Source: Tubiluchus corallicola (lineage: Eukaryota; Animalia; Priapulida). From it: a stretch of DNA of 64,000 bases. The notes under the pieces were generated by a model, which did not search any database, was not told the origin of the DNA, and was given only the letters and a program-made list of their open reading frames with translations. A program made the translations under genes and the position numbers. Positions within the stretch are counted from its first letter, which is position 1. Each line of letters begins with the position of its first letter. Shown piece after piece: positions 26,198 to 37,431 of the stretch. Location: NCBI GenBank assembly GCA_030141605.1, contig JAQGDQ010001046.1:3885-67884 (forward strand). The letters are read 5' to 3'.

Positions 26198-26640
26198 CTT
26201 CTTCTTCTTCTTCCCAGCTTTTCCCTATGCGGGGTCGCCGTTGTGAATGAGTCTTCTCCACGCATTCCTGTTGTTGACCATCTCTTCATTCATGTCTTCC
26301 CTTCCCACATGATCTTCACCGACTCTTCTTTTCAGGTGTCCATACCATCGCAATCTTGCGAGGCTTCCACTACTTTTACTGTTCCTCTGATATTATTATT
26401 TCTAATTTTATCTCTTCTTGTTATTCCCGCCATCCATCTCAACATCCTCATCTCCGCCACACCCATTTTCCTCTCTTCGGTCTTCTTTAGAGAAGCTGCT
26501 TCCAGCCCATAGATTAGAGCGGGTCTGACCACTATCTTTGTGGACTTTACCTTTAAGTCTCACCGACTCATTCATAGAAGGTTTTGGCGCGGTTTTTACA
26601 GGCGGATGCCCTTCCTGACCCTAACCCTCCCTATTTATCC
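26198..26640 (-). mobile_element. RTE-clade (Expander/Rex3-like) non-LTR retrotransposon remnant
   Basis: Minus-strand VRPALIYGLE..EERKMGVAEMRMLRWMAGITRRDKIRN (typical RTE post-RT region), (GAA)n tail; adjoining GGAAGGGCATCCGCCTGTAAAAACC resembles RTE 5' UTR sequence. Confidence 0.75.
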
Positions 26641-26847
26641 TGCTGGCTTGCCACCCCAACCCTCCCTATTTAATAGGGGGTAATCAACATTAACCCGGCA
26701 CCATCAACAATTTTCTACCGGTTGATATTATACTATGATGACATATCATCTTACTGACATTCTTTTTTATTTTTGAATTTTAGGAGTGACTTGCAAAATG
26801 TGGTGATTTAATTGCATGACTTCAGTGTATTAATTAGTTTGTATGCA

Positions 26848-26894
26848 ATGGTGAGATACCTTATCTACTTTTCGTACATTGGAACTAAATATTG
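26848..26894 (+). CDS. PUSL1: tRNA pseudouridine synthase-like 1 (TruA family), coding exon 1
   Basis: MVRYLIYFSYIGTKY (TruA motif I), donor TG|GTGAGT; the 8 exons join in frame to 993 nt / 330 aa. Confidence 0.85.
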
Positions 26895-27051
26895 GTGAGT
26901 ATAACTATTCGTTTACGTACCTATTATTCGTTATTATAGGAAATTACTTGGATTATAATAATTTATATAATTATATGATCGCTATTTTATTTATTTATAT
27001 ATTTATTTTTTATTATTTTTGTTTAATTATTTATCATGTTATTTCATCTTG

Positions 27052-27145
27052 TATACATACATACATACTTACATACATACATACATACATACGTACGTAC
27101 ATACATACGTACGTACATACATACATACATACATACATACATACA

Positions 27146-27176
<31 letters not shown>

Positions 27177-27349
27177 GTACATACATACTTGCATACATAC
27201 ATACATACGTACGTACATACATACGTACATACATACTTGCATACATGCATACATACGTACGTACATACATATGTACATACATACTTGCATACATGCATAC
27301 ATATGTACGTACATACATATGTACATACATACTTGCATACATACTTGCA

Positions 27350-27380
<31 letters not shown>

Positions 27381-27490
27381 GTACATACATACTTGCATAC
27401 ATACATACATACGTACGTACATACATAGATACATACATACATGCATACACACACGCACGCACGCACACACACACACACACATACACACAT
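27052..27490. repeat. (ACAT)n / (AC)n microsatellite
   Basis: Seen directly. Confidence 0.95.
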
Positions 27491-28662
27491 ATTAAAGGTA
27501 CATTCCAGTACACAAAAATGTCTGAGTTAATGAAAACATCTCAATGAAGAATAACATGCACTAAGATATTATTGATAGAATTTAAAATTCGTCAACGCGC
27601 AATGTATTTCAAAGTATTCAAAGACATTACTTTTCCACGAGCTTCACATTTCACATTTGCTGTTTGAATAAGCATTTTTGCATTATTATATTTCGTTTTA
27701 GTAATACTTTAAGGTTTATTTGGTATTCAAGAATGGGCTATTTGGTTTTACATTATTTGTTGGGGAAATAAATGATTCGGTTCTCAACCAAATCGGTTTT
27801 CAAACACTTTTTAGGAACGAATTATGGAGGAAAACCGAGGCATGACTGACTGTATGTGCGAACAGCAATGATGAGAATTTTCCGCGGATACGCGGAATTC
27901 CGAGTGTTTGCAAGACCGGTAGTGCCATTTTTGCAAATCCCGTAAATTCGTTGAGAAAATTTTTACGGACCCAGTACATTATTTCACAAGCTGACCGCTA
28001 GCTAGCAGGCCGTCACTTTGTTTACATCACGTACATCAGTGTAACCACGTGTAGATCTCTATGTATAAAAATATAGAATCAATTGTGCGGAGTTATTTGA
28101 GTCAATTGCAGACAGTTTTTATATACTTTTGCATAGGAGTGGCCAGTACTTAGGCATTTTTGAGACAATTAGGCATCATGTATCCTTGATAGTTGGGTAT
28201 TTTAAATTATGCATGAAACAAGGTAATTGATATTTTAAGTCCACTTAGAGGCTCTCTATGGCCTATGCGGCCTCCAAACCCCCGGGCTGTTTCAGAGTTT
28301 TTTGCAATTTGTCATTCTCTTCCCTGCGTTAACACTAAACCTGCAGTACAGTGTTGTTTCCACAATGCAATGTACTAGGAAACAATCATCCAAGAGAACA
28401 ATGGAAAACTACAATAACAATGGAAATGAACTTCATTAGCATTAGAACATTTCAAGTTGTCATTTCTACATTTTTCACAATTCAAGTAAGTTTGGTAAAT
28501 AACCTGCTGTATCCACAAATTTTATTACATTTTTATCCAAAAAAAAAAAAAAATTCTGCTGCACAATAGCAGCCATTTTGGTAGAGGGTGGAGTTAGTTT
28601 GCCTTTGGTAACTTGTGTGATTAACTAACGAGTAATTAAGCTAATTGGTCGTTGTTTTACAG

Positions 28663-28717
28663 TGGTGTACAGTCTCAGCATCACACCAACCTTACTACGA
28701 TACACGGCGTGTTAAGG
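28663..28717 (+). CDS. PUSL1: PUSL1-like coding exon 2
   Basis: ttttacAG | (C)GVQSQHHTNLTTIHGVLR | GTAAGT; phases fit. Confidence 0.8.
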
Positions 28718-28904
28718 GTAAGTATTTGTTTACAAATTTAAAGTAAAAGGACACGTTATTTGGCATTTGTACTGCTGTTTCATTCAGACCACCTTCTCTC
28801 CTCCTTTTGTCTCGCACACCGAGATATGAGTGCAGATTCAAATGTTAAAAATGCTAATGATAATATCCTAATAACTCAGGATATTATGCACTTTAATTAT
28901 TTAG

Positions 28905-29079
28905 AACGTGTTTCAATCACTGGTACCCACGGAGGAGGAAGCTGTGCTAGTGTGTGCCAGTCGGACCGATTCAGGCGTGCACGCCATGCGAGCTGCGGCT
29001 CATATTGACTTCCGCACTCTTCCCCGTTGGAGGCTGTACCCCAGAAAGTACCCAAGGAAACTTCATCACGCTATGAAAC
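28905..29079 (+). CDS. PUSL1: PUSL1-like coding exon 3 (catalytic Asp)
   Basis: ASRTDSGVHA = TruA RTDxGVHA motif; donor C|GTAAGT. Confidence 0.9.
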
Positions 29080-29152
29080 GTAAGTCGACATTTTGTCTTG
29101 GTTTCGTAAATAAATTTCAACATGTTATGAAACGTAAGTCGACATTCTTAAA

Positions 29153-29263
29153 TTGTTGATGATGATGATGTTGTTGTTGTTGCCGTCGTTGCTGCTGTTG
29201 TTGTCGTCGTCGTTGGTGTTGTTGTTGTTGTTGTTGTTGCCGTCGTTGCTGCTGTTGTTGTTC

Positions 29264-29313
<50 letters not shown>

Positions 29314-29488
29314 ATCGTCGTTGGTGTTGTTGTTGTTGCTATTGTTCTTCTTGTTGTTGTTGTCATCGTCGTTGGTGTTGTTGTTGTCGTCATCGTTGGT
29401 GTTGTTGTTGTTGTTGTTGTCGTTGTTGTTATTGTTCTTGTTGTTGATGTTGTTGTCGTCATTGCTGTTGCTGCTATTGTTGTTGTTA

Positions 29489-29546
<58 letters not shown>

Positions 29547-29643
29547 CATTGCTGCTGTTGTTGTTAGTGTTCTTTTTGTTGTTGTCGTTGCTGCTGTTGT
29601 TGTTATTGTTCTTGTTGTCGTCGTTGTTGGTGTTGTTGTTGTT

Positions 29644-29690
<47 letters not shown>
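29153..29690. repeat. (GTT)n-rich microsatellite
   Basis: Seen directly. Confidence 0.95.
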
Positions 29691-30896
29691 CAGTCGACAT
29701 TCATTTTCCAAACATTTCAAGACAGTGTCTCTAAAAAGGTGTTCCTAAAGCAAAACTGGACCCAATCTTAAGCTTTGCTCAAAACAATCTACTCTTTAAA
29801 ATATTGAAAAGAAACATACTATTTTTTCAAAAATGACTTACGTGAAAGAATTATTACCACACGAGCACAATTTTACGTTCGCACCACTAGTTCTTCGCTG
29901 TTAAATGCACCTCGCCTTTTGTTAGTTAGATGGGCACTAGCACCTGCATTTCGGAAATGCACTGCAGAAAGAACAGGTGCTGTACCTCTCAATTCAGATG
30001 TGTTAGTTTGTGACGAACTACACACGTTCGACAGCTTATGCGAGCACAGCGGTAAATTTGAATTTTTATCTTAAAACTTGTCTAGTTTTAGTACAACAAA
30101 GTGAATATCTTACAGTAGGGCTGTACTTCAATTTTTGCATACTTAAGCACGCGCAACTCACCCGTGGAATATTTTTGCTGTTGAAAATTACGTTAGTTTG
30201 TGATGCCATCAATAGTTGGGCTGGTCTGCCGTAAGTGATTATTTAGTTATCACAAGCACTTTTACAGTATCAATTTTGTTAAAATGTGCCTTTTTATCGA
30301 ACTTGCAAATGGACTAGTATATGAAAATTGTCCCATTTTCCTTACCCGTGTCGTAGCCGAACTTTTGGACAATTTTCGGTCGCATTTTCCCCAGGTTTTA
30401 TTAGTACTTACCCAATTTAGCTAAAGTTTCTTTTCTTCTAGGTGTCAAAAACCACCGAAAACCTTAGCTAAATCAGTTCAAATAAAGCAAAAATTTCGTT
30501 TACATAACAGTTTGTGATTCACTTTTAACAGCAATGTCGCAAATCTTCAGTACTGATCACTGCGAAGCTTTAGGGTCTCCAGACCCAATCAACCGAAATA
30601 TCAAACCACGTTTGAACTATGAACTATGAATTTGTTGGTAACACAAAAGCTTTTAGTGCAGCGTGATTTGAATTACCTCTTTATCGGATCCGTTGCTTTA
30701 TTCTCTTGACTTATATCACTGCTGCCATCTATCGTGATACTTGAGAACTAAATTGCGATGACTGTTGTCAGAACTTGACACTCCTACGCTGATTACGCTA
30801 TTTATCGGTCGTACATTCCTCGTTGCTTTATTCTCTTGACTTATGATCACTGCTGCCATCTATCGTGATACTTGAGAACTAAATTATTATTTTCAG

Positions 30897-30966
30897 AACT
30901 TGACACGCCCACGCTGATTACGAAAGCCGTTAATAGAAGATTAATGAGAGCTAAAGAAGACATTAG
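30897..30966 (+). CDS. PUSL1: PUSL1-like coding exon 4
   Basis: ttttcAG | LDTPTLITKAVNRRLMRAKEDIR | GTAAAT (LN..L..DIR motif). Confidence 0.85.
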
Positions 30967-31145
30967 GTAAATTAATAATTTTTCAACATTAACAGTTAGC
31001 AAAGCTTCAGCAATGCCGGCGGTACGCGGATAACGCAAGGACATGTTCCAGCCAGGCTGTCTGAGTGCTGAATAGGCTGATTAGTCAACTGCCTAGCTGA
31101 ATAATAAGCTGTCGTGTGGTATCTTTCTTTAAGTATATAGCCAGG

Positions 31146-31582
31146 GTTGTTGGCATTCTTCTGTCTCGGAAGACAATGGAGTGTGCGTAAAGAGAGTCAG
31201 TTATTGATCACATTGATGGAGCTGCAGCGTCGACTGTGGCTGAGCAATCCGATCCTTGAACCACTGGAGTGGCCTCTCCAGGGCGCACGCCTGGGCAAGG
31301 TGTATGGAGATCCTGAGTTGCCCAGACAACAGGAACCCCCTCTCTTCCTCCATGGTGTAGTCCAAACGAAAGCGGACCGATACGTTTGGCACCAGGTTGG
31401 CTGCAGGAGCTGCCGGAGTCAGTGAGCATGCTACACTGGTCCGCCTTCTGGGCTCCACTCCTGATTTGGATGGTTTACTCCTCTACACATGGCTGTTGGG
31501 TCACTTGACTTCCTCCGCCTTCTAGCCGTTGGCTGCTTGTGCAGCTCCTCCGCCTAGTGTCGAGATACAGTGTGGGCATCCC
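31146..31582 (-). mobile_element. Bipartite non-autonomous RTE-type retroposon, copy 1
   Basis: Minus-strand 3' end ATTGTCTTCCGAGACAGAAGAATGCCAACAAC and internal GCAGCCAACCTGGTGCCAAACGTATC / CTCCATACACCTTGCCCAGGC, as recalled for RTE tails and 5' UTRs; second copy at 34845-35257. Confidence 0.7.
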
Positions 31583-31585
31583 CGC

Positions 31586-31705
31586 AAGCCTACAGCACCT
31601 GGTATTCCTAGGTGGTTACCCATCCAAGTACTAACCAGGCTCTACATTGCTTAGTTTCTGCGATTAGACGAGAACCGGTGTTTTCACCGTGATTTGGCCG
31701 TAGTT
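31586..31705 (-). pseudogene. 5S rRNA-derived sequence (full length, several substitutions), head of a chimeric retroposon
   Basis: Minus strand ACTACGGCCAAATCACGGTGAAAACACCGGTTCTCGTC...AGTACTTGGATGGGTAACCACCTAGGAATACCAGGTGCTGTAGGCTT. Confidence 0.85.
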
Positions 31706-32349
31706 TTTTCATAGCCAGGATAGAAGATTATTTATCATAGTTACCCATCCATTTAATTACAGAGATAGCTAATTGCAAAGCGAAGCAGCCACATTAAAAT
31801 AACTGCCAAGTCATTTTTTATAAAAATCAGCAACTTTAGTGGAAAAAGAATTTTATGCTCGGCAGTTACGTGAATTAATAAAACACATTAATTAAACATT
31901 GACGGTACGGCCTCCATACCGCCAAACTTCGGCTGCTATATAAATATACATATGTGTGCTTGCATAGCAAAATCGCCCATAAGTCAGTATTCAGCTTTTC
32001 TATCATTCACACATCCTGAATCTGCATTTCATGAGGATCATTTTCATACCAAGTTCATCGCTCTATGTTATTTTTAAGCTGAGATAATCCACGTTGAAGT
32101 TGAGGTGCAGGCTGAAGAACATAATCTTGAGAAAATCACTGTTAAAGTCAGCCATTGTTTTTTGTCGCATTTCTACAAATGTTGGTTCCTATGGACTTTG
32201 CAAGAACACATTCAAGTTATGTTTAAATTCAGTAGATGGCTCTTCCTGACGAAGTTTGGTCTTGTCAACAGAAAATGCCCGAAGCAAAATAACTGCTTCC
32301 AGTTTAAGTTTGAAAATAGAAGTTTTTTTACAATTCTAGTACTAGTTGC

Positions 32350-32513
32350 TAGCCAAAAAATGGATACGAGGCTATAAAATTAGATTTTTAGTATTTTTTT
32401 AACATTTTCTTGGTAATTTGAGTCTATATATATATATAGACTCAAATTACCAAGAAAATGTTAAAAAAATACTAAAAATCTAATTTTATAGCCTCGTATC
32501 CATTTTTTGGCTA
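32350..32513. repeat. Perfect 164-bp palindrome centred on (TA)7
   Basis: TAGCCAAAAAATGGATACGAGG...GAGTC(TA)7GACTC...CCTCGTATCCATTTTTTGGCTA. Confidence 0.9.
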
Positions 32514-32656
32514 TATATATATGTAAATTATTTGTTTTTTAGTAGACCAAATTTTTGATGCATTCTACTTTGAAGCATCACAATGTAGTTTTAACTGTGC
32601 CGACTTATGGACTGTTTTGATTTGCAATCACATATGAATATATATACATATATATA

Positions 32657-32692
<36 letters not shown>

Positions 32693-33064
32693 CGTATATA
32701 TATATATATACATATATTAATACATATACATATGTATCTGAATGTTAATATATATATACACACACGCACGCACGCATGCACACACACACAAACACAAATG
32801 CATATGTTCTTAAATTAGTCTCGCTTAACATTTGCAGCCGGGCTCATCGTTATGCTAGAGTTGCGCTTTTCTGGATTTTGCATATAATAGAGGAGGTTCT
32901 TCGACGATTGGTTTGTTTAATGCTTGTCAAAACGTGTTTTGAGTGTTTGTGTGTTTGTTTGTTTGTCTGTTTACCTTGTTTACGCATTCAGGACAAAGCC
33001 TTCATTTAGAGCCAAGAACAGAGAACTGAAACCGTCCGTCTCTAAATTGTCGTCGCGTTTGCAG

Positions 33065-33235
33065 GTTGTTGGAAGTACGGGAGGTCCCGGAGACGTTTCA
33101 CTGCCGGGAGAACGCGAAATGGAAAAAGTACCTCTATCGGCTAGCCGTAACCAACGTCGTCGGAGAGGAAAGACGTCGCTTCGGCCAGGAAGCCTTTCCG
33201 GTCTTTGAGTTTGACAGATGTACCCCAATAGTGAA
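33065..33235 (+). CDS. PUSL1: PUSL1-like coding exon 5
   Basis: gcAG | LLEVREVPETFHCRENAKWKKYLYRL.. (VP..FHAR..A...Y.Y motif) | GTAAGA; this frame is absent from the ORF track. Confidence 0.88.
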
Positions 33236-33267
33236 GTAAGATTTTAGTCTTGTAGACGGAAGTTTTT

Positions 33268-34098
33268 AACAACCCTAATCCTCGACCCTAACCCTAACCC
33301 TAGACCCTAACCCACACCCTAACCCTAACCCTCGACCCTAGCCTTAAACCCTAGCCCACCACCCTAACCCTAGACCCTAATCCTTAACCCTAACCCCCCT
33401 CGACCCTAATCCGCACCCTCAACCCTAACCCTCGATCCTAACACTAATTCTGGACCCGTACCCTAACGCAAACCCTAACTAACCCTTTACCCTAACACTG
33501 ACGCAATGCTAACCAAACCCTAACCAACCCTTTACCCTAACACTGACGCAATGCTAACCAAACCCTAACCAACCCTTTACCCTAACACTGATGCAATGCT
33601 AACCAAACACTAACTCAACCCCTTACCCTAACACTGACCCAATACTAACCATAACCCTAACCAACCCTCTACCCTAACACTGACCCAATACTAACCAACC
33701 CCTTACCCTAACACTGACCCAATACTAACCAACCTCCTACCCTAACACTGACCCAATACTAACCAACCCCTTACCCTAACACTGACCCAATACTAACCAA
33801 CCCCTTACCCTAACACTGACCCAATACTAACCAACCTCCTACCCTAACACTGACCCAATACTAACCAACCCCCTATCCTAACACTGACCCAATACTAACC
33901 AACCCCTTACCCTAACACTGACCCAATACTAACCAACCTCCTACCCTAACACTGACCCAATACTAACCAACCCCCTACCCTAACACTGACCCAATGCTAA
34001 CCAACCTCCTACCCTAACACTGACCCAATACTAACCACCCCCTACCCTAACACTGACCCAATGCTAACCGAATGCTAGCTCAACCCAACACCCTAATC
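33268..34098. repeat. Degenerate (CCCTAA)n tract grading into a 34-bp minisatellite
   Basis: CCCTAA variants at 33268-33480, then units ACCCTAACACTGACCCAATACTAACCAACCCCTT. Confidence 0.88.
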
Positions 34099-34447
34099 TC
34101 AATACACTTCACAAGCTAATGTTTTGTGTGTGGGGAATTGTAAACTTCATTTGCACATGTTTGTACATAAACCCCGTATGCTGTATTCATTAGTGATGCC
34201 ATTTAGGTAATTGCAATGAACTTGTCAAATATGAACACCTTGTCAAACCCCGTTTGTGAACTTGAACAAATAAAGTTCATTCTGCTGGGAGGAACTTGAA
34301 CTAAGTTCATTTTACTCCAGAAAACTTTGTAACTTCAGCAGGTTCGTTTCTTAGCGAAACTTGCCCCCGCCACTGGCAGGACAACATGTTGCCTGCAACA
34401 TCTTGCACGCGGAAAGAAGCATAAATCGTAACGTTTTTTTGTTGAAG

Positions 34448-34679
34448 TTTGCGTATCGACATAGATAAGCTACACGAAGCCGCGAAGCTCTTCGTCGGGA
34501 AGCATGACTTCGCCACGTTCGCTAAACCGAAACACGACACGGAGCAGGACACCGTGAGAACGATCGACAGCATCACCATCAACCCGGGAATCCCTTTCCT
34601 GTTGAATCATCAAGAATCCGGCAACGCCTACGACTTTTGGGACGTGGAGTTTAAGGGAAAGAGCTTCTTGTGGAATCAG
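34448..34679 (+). CDS. PUSL1: PUSL1-like coding exon 6
   Basis: AAKLFVGKHDFATF..TVRTI..FKGKSFLWNQ | GTAATT (GxHDF and FLxxQ motifs). Confidence 0.9.
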
Positions 34680-34844
34680 GTAATTGTGTGGGGTAGATGT
34701 TGGTGCCATCTGTTGGAGAAAATGCAAATTATTTCCACACCATATAACTAAAATACAGTTTAAGGGTAGTTAATGTTTTACATCGAATTCGATTTTAGTT
34801 TTATTAAGTAGAATCTTCTTGATTTACCCCCGTGTTTGTTTTAT

Positions 34845-35257
34845 GTTGACATCCTTCTGTCTCGGAAGACAATGGAGTGTGCGCCAAGAGAGTCAGTTAT
34901 TGATCACATTGATGGAGCTGCAGCGTCGACTGTGGCTGAGCAGTGCGATCCTTGAACCTCTCCATGGCGCACGCCTGGGCAAGGTGTATGGAGATCCTGA
35001 GTTGCCCAGACAACAGGAACCCCCTATCTTTCTCTCTGGTGTAGTCCAAAGGAAAGTGGAGCGATACGTTTGGCACCAGGTTGGCTGCAGGAGCTGCCGG
35101 AGTCAGTGAGCATGCTGCACTGGTCCGCCTTCGGGGCTCCACTCCTGATTTGGAAGGTTTACTCCTCTACACATGGCTGTTGGGTCACTTGACCTCCTCC
35201 GCCTTGGCTGCTTGTGCAGCTCCTCCGCCTAGTGTCGAGATACAGTGTGGGCATCCC
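34845..35257 (-). mobile_element. Bipartite RTE-type retroposon, copy 2 (no 5S head)
   Basis: Close homologue of 31146-31582; starts at the same GGGATGCCC. Confidence 0.7.
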
Positions 35258-35789
35258 GTAGATCAGAGAATCGTATTTACAGGATCATAATTGTAAAGAT
35301 GTTAAAATAACATTTTGAAAGCTCAATAATTAGCCCACGTAAAACAACTAAAGTTACTGAACTGACACAGCAAACGGCTTTGCTTTACATACATGTAACG
35401 TGCCGGTTGTAGTTAAGATGAGTGGCTGTAATACACCTGACATTTGAACTGCAGCAATTGACGATGATCATGAAAAGGTCAAAGGTTAAGTGAACCAGAC
35501 AATACATTTCTGTACACTTGACAACGCCTGTTGTAATAGTAACAGTTGTAACAGCTAGCTAGAACCTTACCTTGTTCATGTTTTGTTGTTCCTGAACAAG
35601 ACCCTTCCAGCAATTCACCCTATGCACAATTAGTGCATAATTAAGTAATGTCCACGTAAAACAACTGAAGTACTGGATTGATGTGGCAGACGTATTGTAT
35701 TACCCAAATGTCACCTGACTGTCGCAGTTAAGATGCATTGCTGTGTTACATTTAACCTTCGGCCTACAGCAACTGCCCATGCGCTTCAT

Positions 35790-36510
35790 GAAACTCCACG
35801 TAAAGCGACTGAAACTGCTGAAATTGGCTGCAGAAGGCTTTGCTTTACACACATGCCATGCGGCAGTTGTAGTTCAGACTCACTGCTTTGGTACACGTAA
35901 CTTTTTACCTACAGCAACTGCATGTGCGTAGAACGAAACTCTACGTAAAGCGACTGAGACTGCTGAAATCAGCTGCAGAAGGCTTTGCTTTACACACATG
36001 TCACATGGCGGTTGTAGTTTAGACTCACTGCTATGGTGCCCTTAACTTTTTACCACAGCAACTGCATGTGCAGAATGAAACTCCACGTAAAGCGAATGAA
36101 ACTGCTGAACTCAGCTGCAGAAGGCTTTGCTTTACACACATGTCACGCGGCGGTTGTAGTTCAGAGTCACTGCTATGGTGCCCTTAACTTTTTACCACAG
36201 TAACTGCATGTGCGTAAAACGAAACTCCACGTAAAGCGAATGAAACTGCTGAACTCAGCTGCAGAAGGCTTTGCTTTACACACATGTCACGTGGCAGTTG
36301 TATTTCAGACTCACTGCTATGGTGCCATTAACTTTTTACCTACAGCAACTGCACATGCGCACAACGAAACTCCACGTAAAGCGACTGAAACTGCTGGACT
36401 CAGCTGCAGAGGGCCTTGCTTTACACACATGTCACATGGCGGTTGTAGTTCAGACTCACTGCTGTGGTACCCTTAACTTTTTACCTACAGCAACTGCACA
36501 TGCACACAAC
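35790..36510. repeat. Tandem repeat of about 144 bp, about 5 copies
   Basis: AAACTC(C/T)ACGTAAAGCGA recurs at about 35791, 35936, 36078, 36222, 36367. Confidence 0.85.
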
Positions 36511-37431
36511 GAGCTTATTGCTTAAGTGCACAATGCTAAAATATCTTGAATTTCTTATCACCATGCCATCATGTACGATCATCAGTATTAATGCCAAGCT
36601 GTTTTCTTATAACAATTAATGCACTTTCCATGTTTTTTTATATGTTGTTTATTGTTGCAGTTGATTGTTTCGACATGTCCACTTGATTGGAGCAATGCGT
36701 AATATATATATAATAAAGATATTCATAACGTTACATCATTGTTGGTTAGGTACCATTAAAAAATGTAGGTACAGGGTGTCCAAAGGTATGGAACCTGGGG
36801 TTTAGGCAGCCACTACACCTAGTTTTGCCCAGGAGCAATAGAGCTAAGCAAATGTTTGCGCTATGACAGCATATCCGTCGATTAATCAAAAAAAGTTTCG
36901 TGTTTTAGTTGAAGCTTCGCACGCTTACAGAAAGCCAAGATGTGCTTGCAAAAAGTCATGAGGCATTAGAATTACGTCATGATTTTCAGATGAATGGCAG
37001 CTACCAGTCCACTGTGCATAAAAATGTCTATACACTGACAATAAAAATTGCCTTATGCTTTAAAAATAGTTTTACCAAATTTCTTTGTTATAGTTTTCTA
37101 AGTTTAAATGACACCAAGTAACGTAAAACCATGCATACTAAGTGACATGTACTTTGTTTTAACAATACAAATTGCCTTATGCTTTAAAAATAGTTTTACC
37201 AAATTTCTTTGTTATAGTTTTCTAAGTTTAAATGATGCCAGTAACGTAAAACCATGCATACTAAAGTGACATGTACTTTGTTTTAACAATACAAATTGCC
37301 TTATGCTTTAAAAATAGTTTTACCAAATTTATTTGTTATAGTTTTCTAAGTTTAAATGACTCCAGTAACGTAAAACCATGCATACTAAGTGACATGTACT
37401 TTGTTTTAACTTCACTAAAGCCAAATTCCGT

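Noticed and set aside
31586-31705. Functional 5S rRNA gene
   Set aside because: Single copy, several substitutions, no oligo-T terminator, and enclosed with a retroposon body inside a TSD
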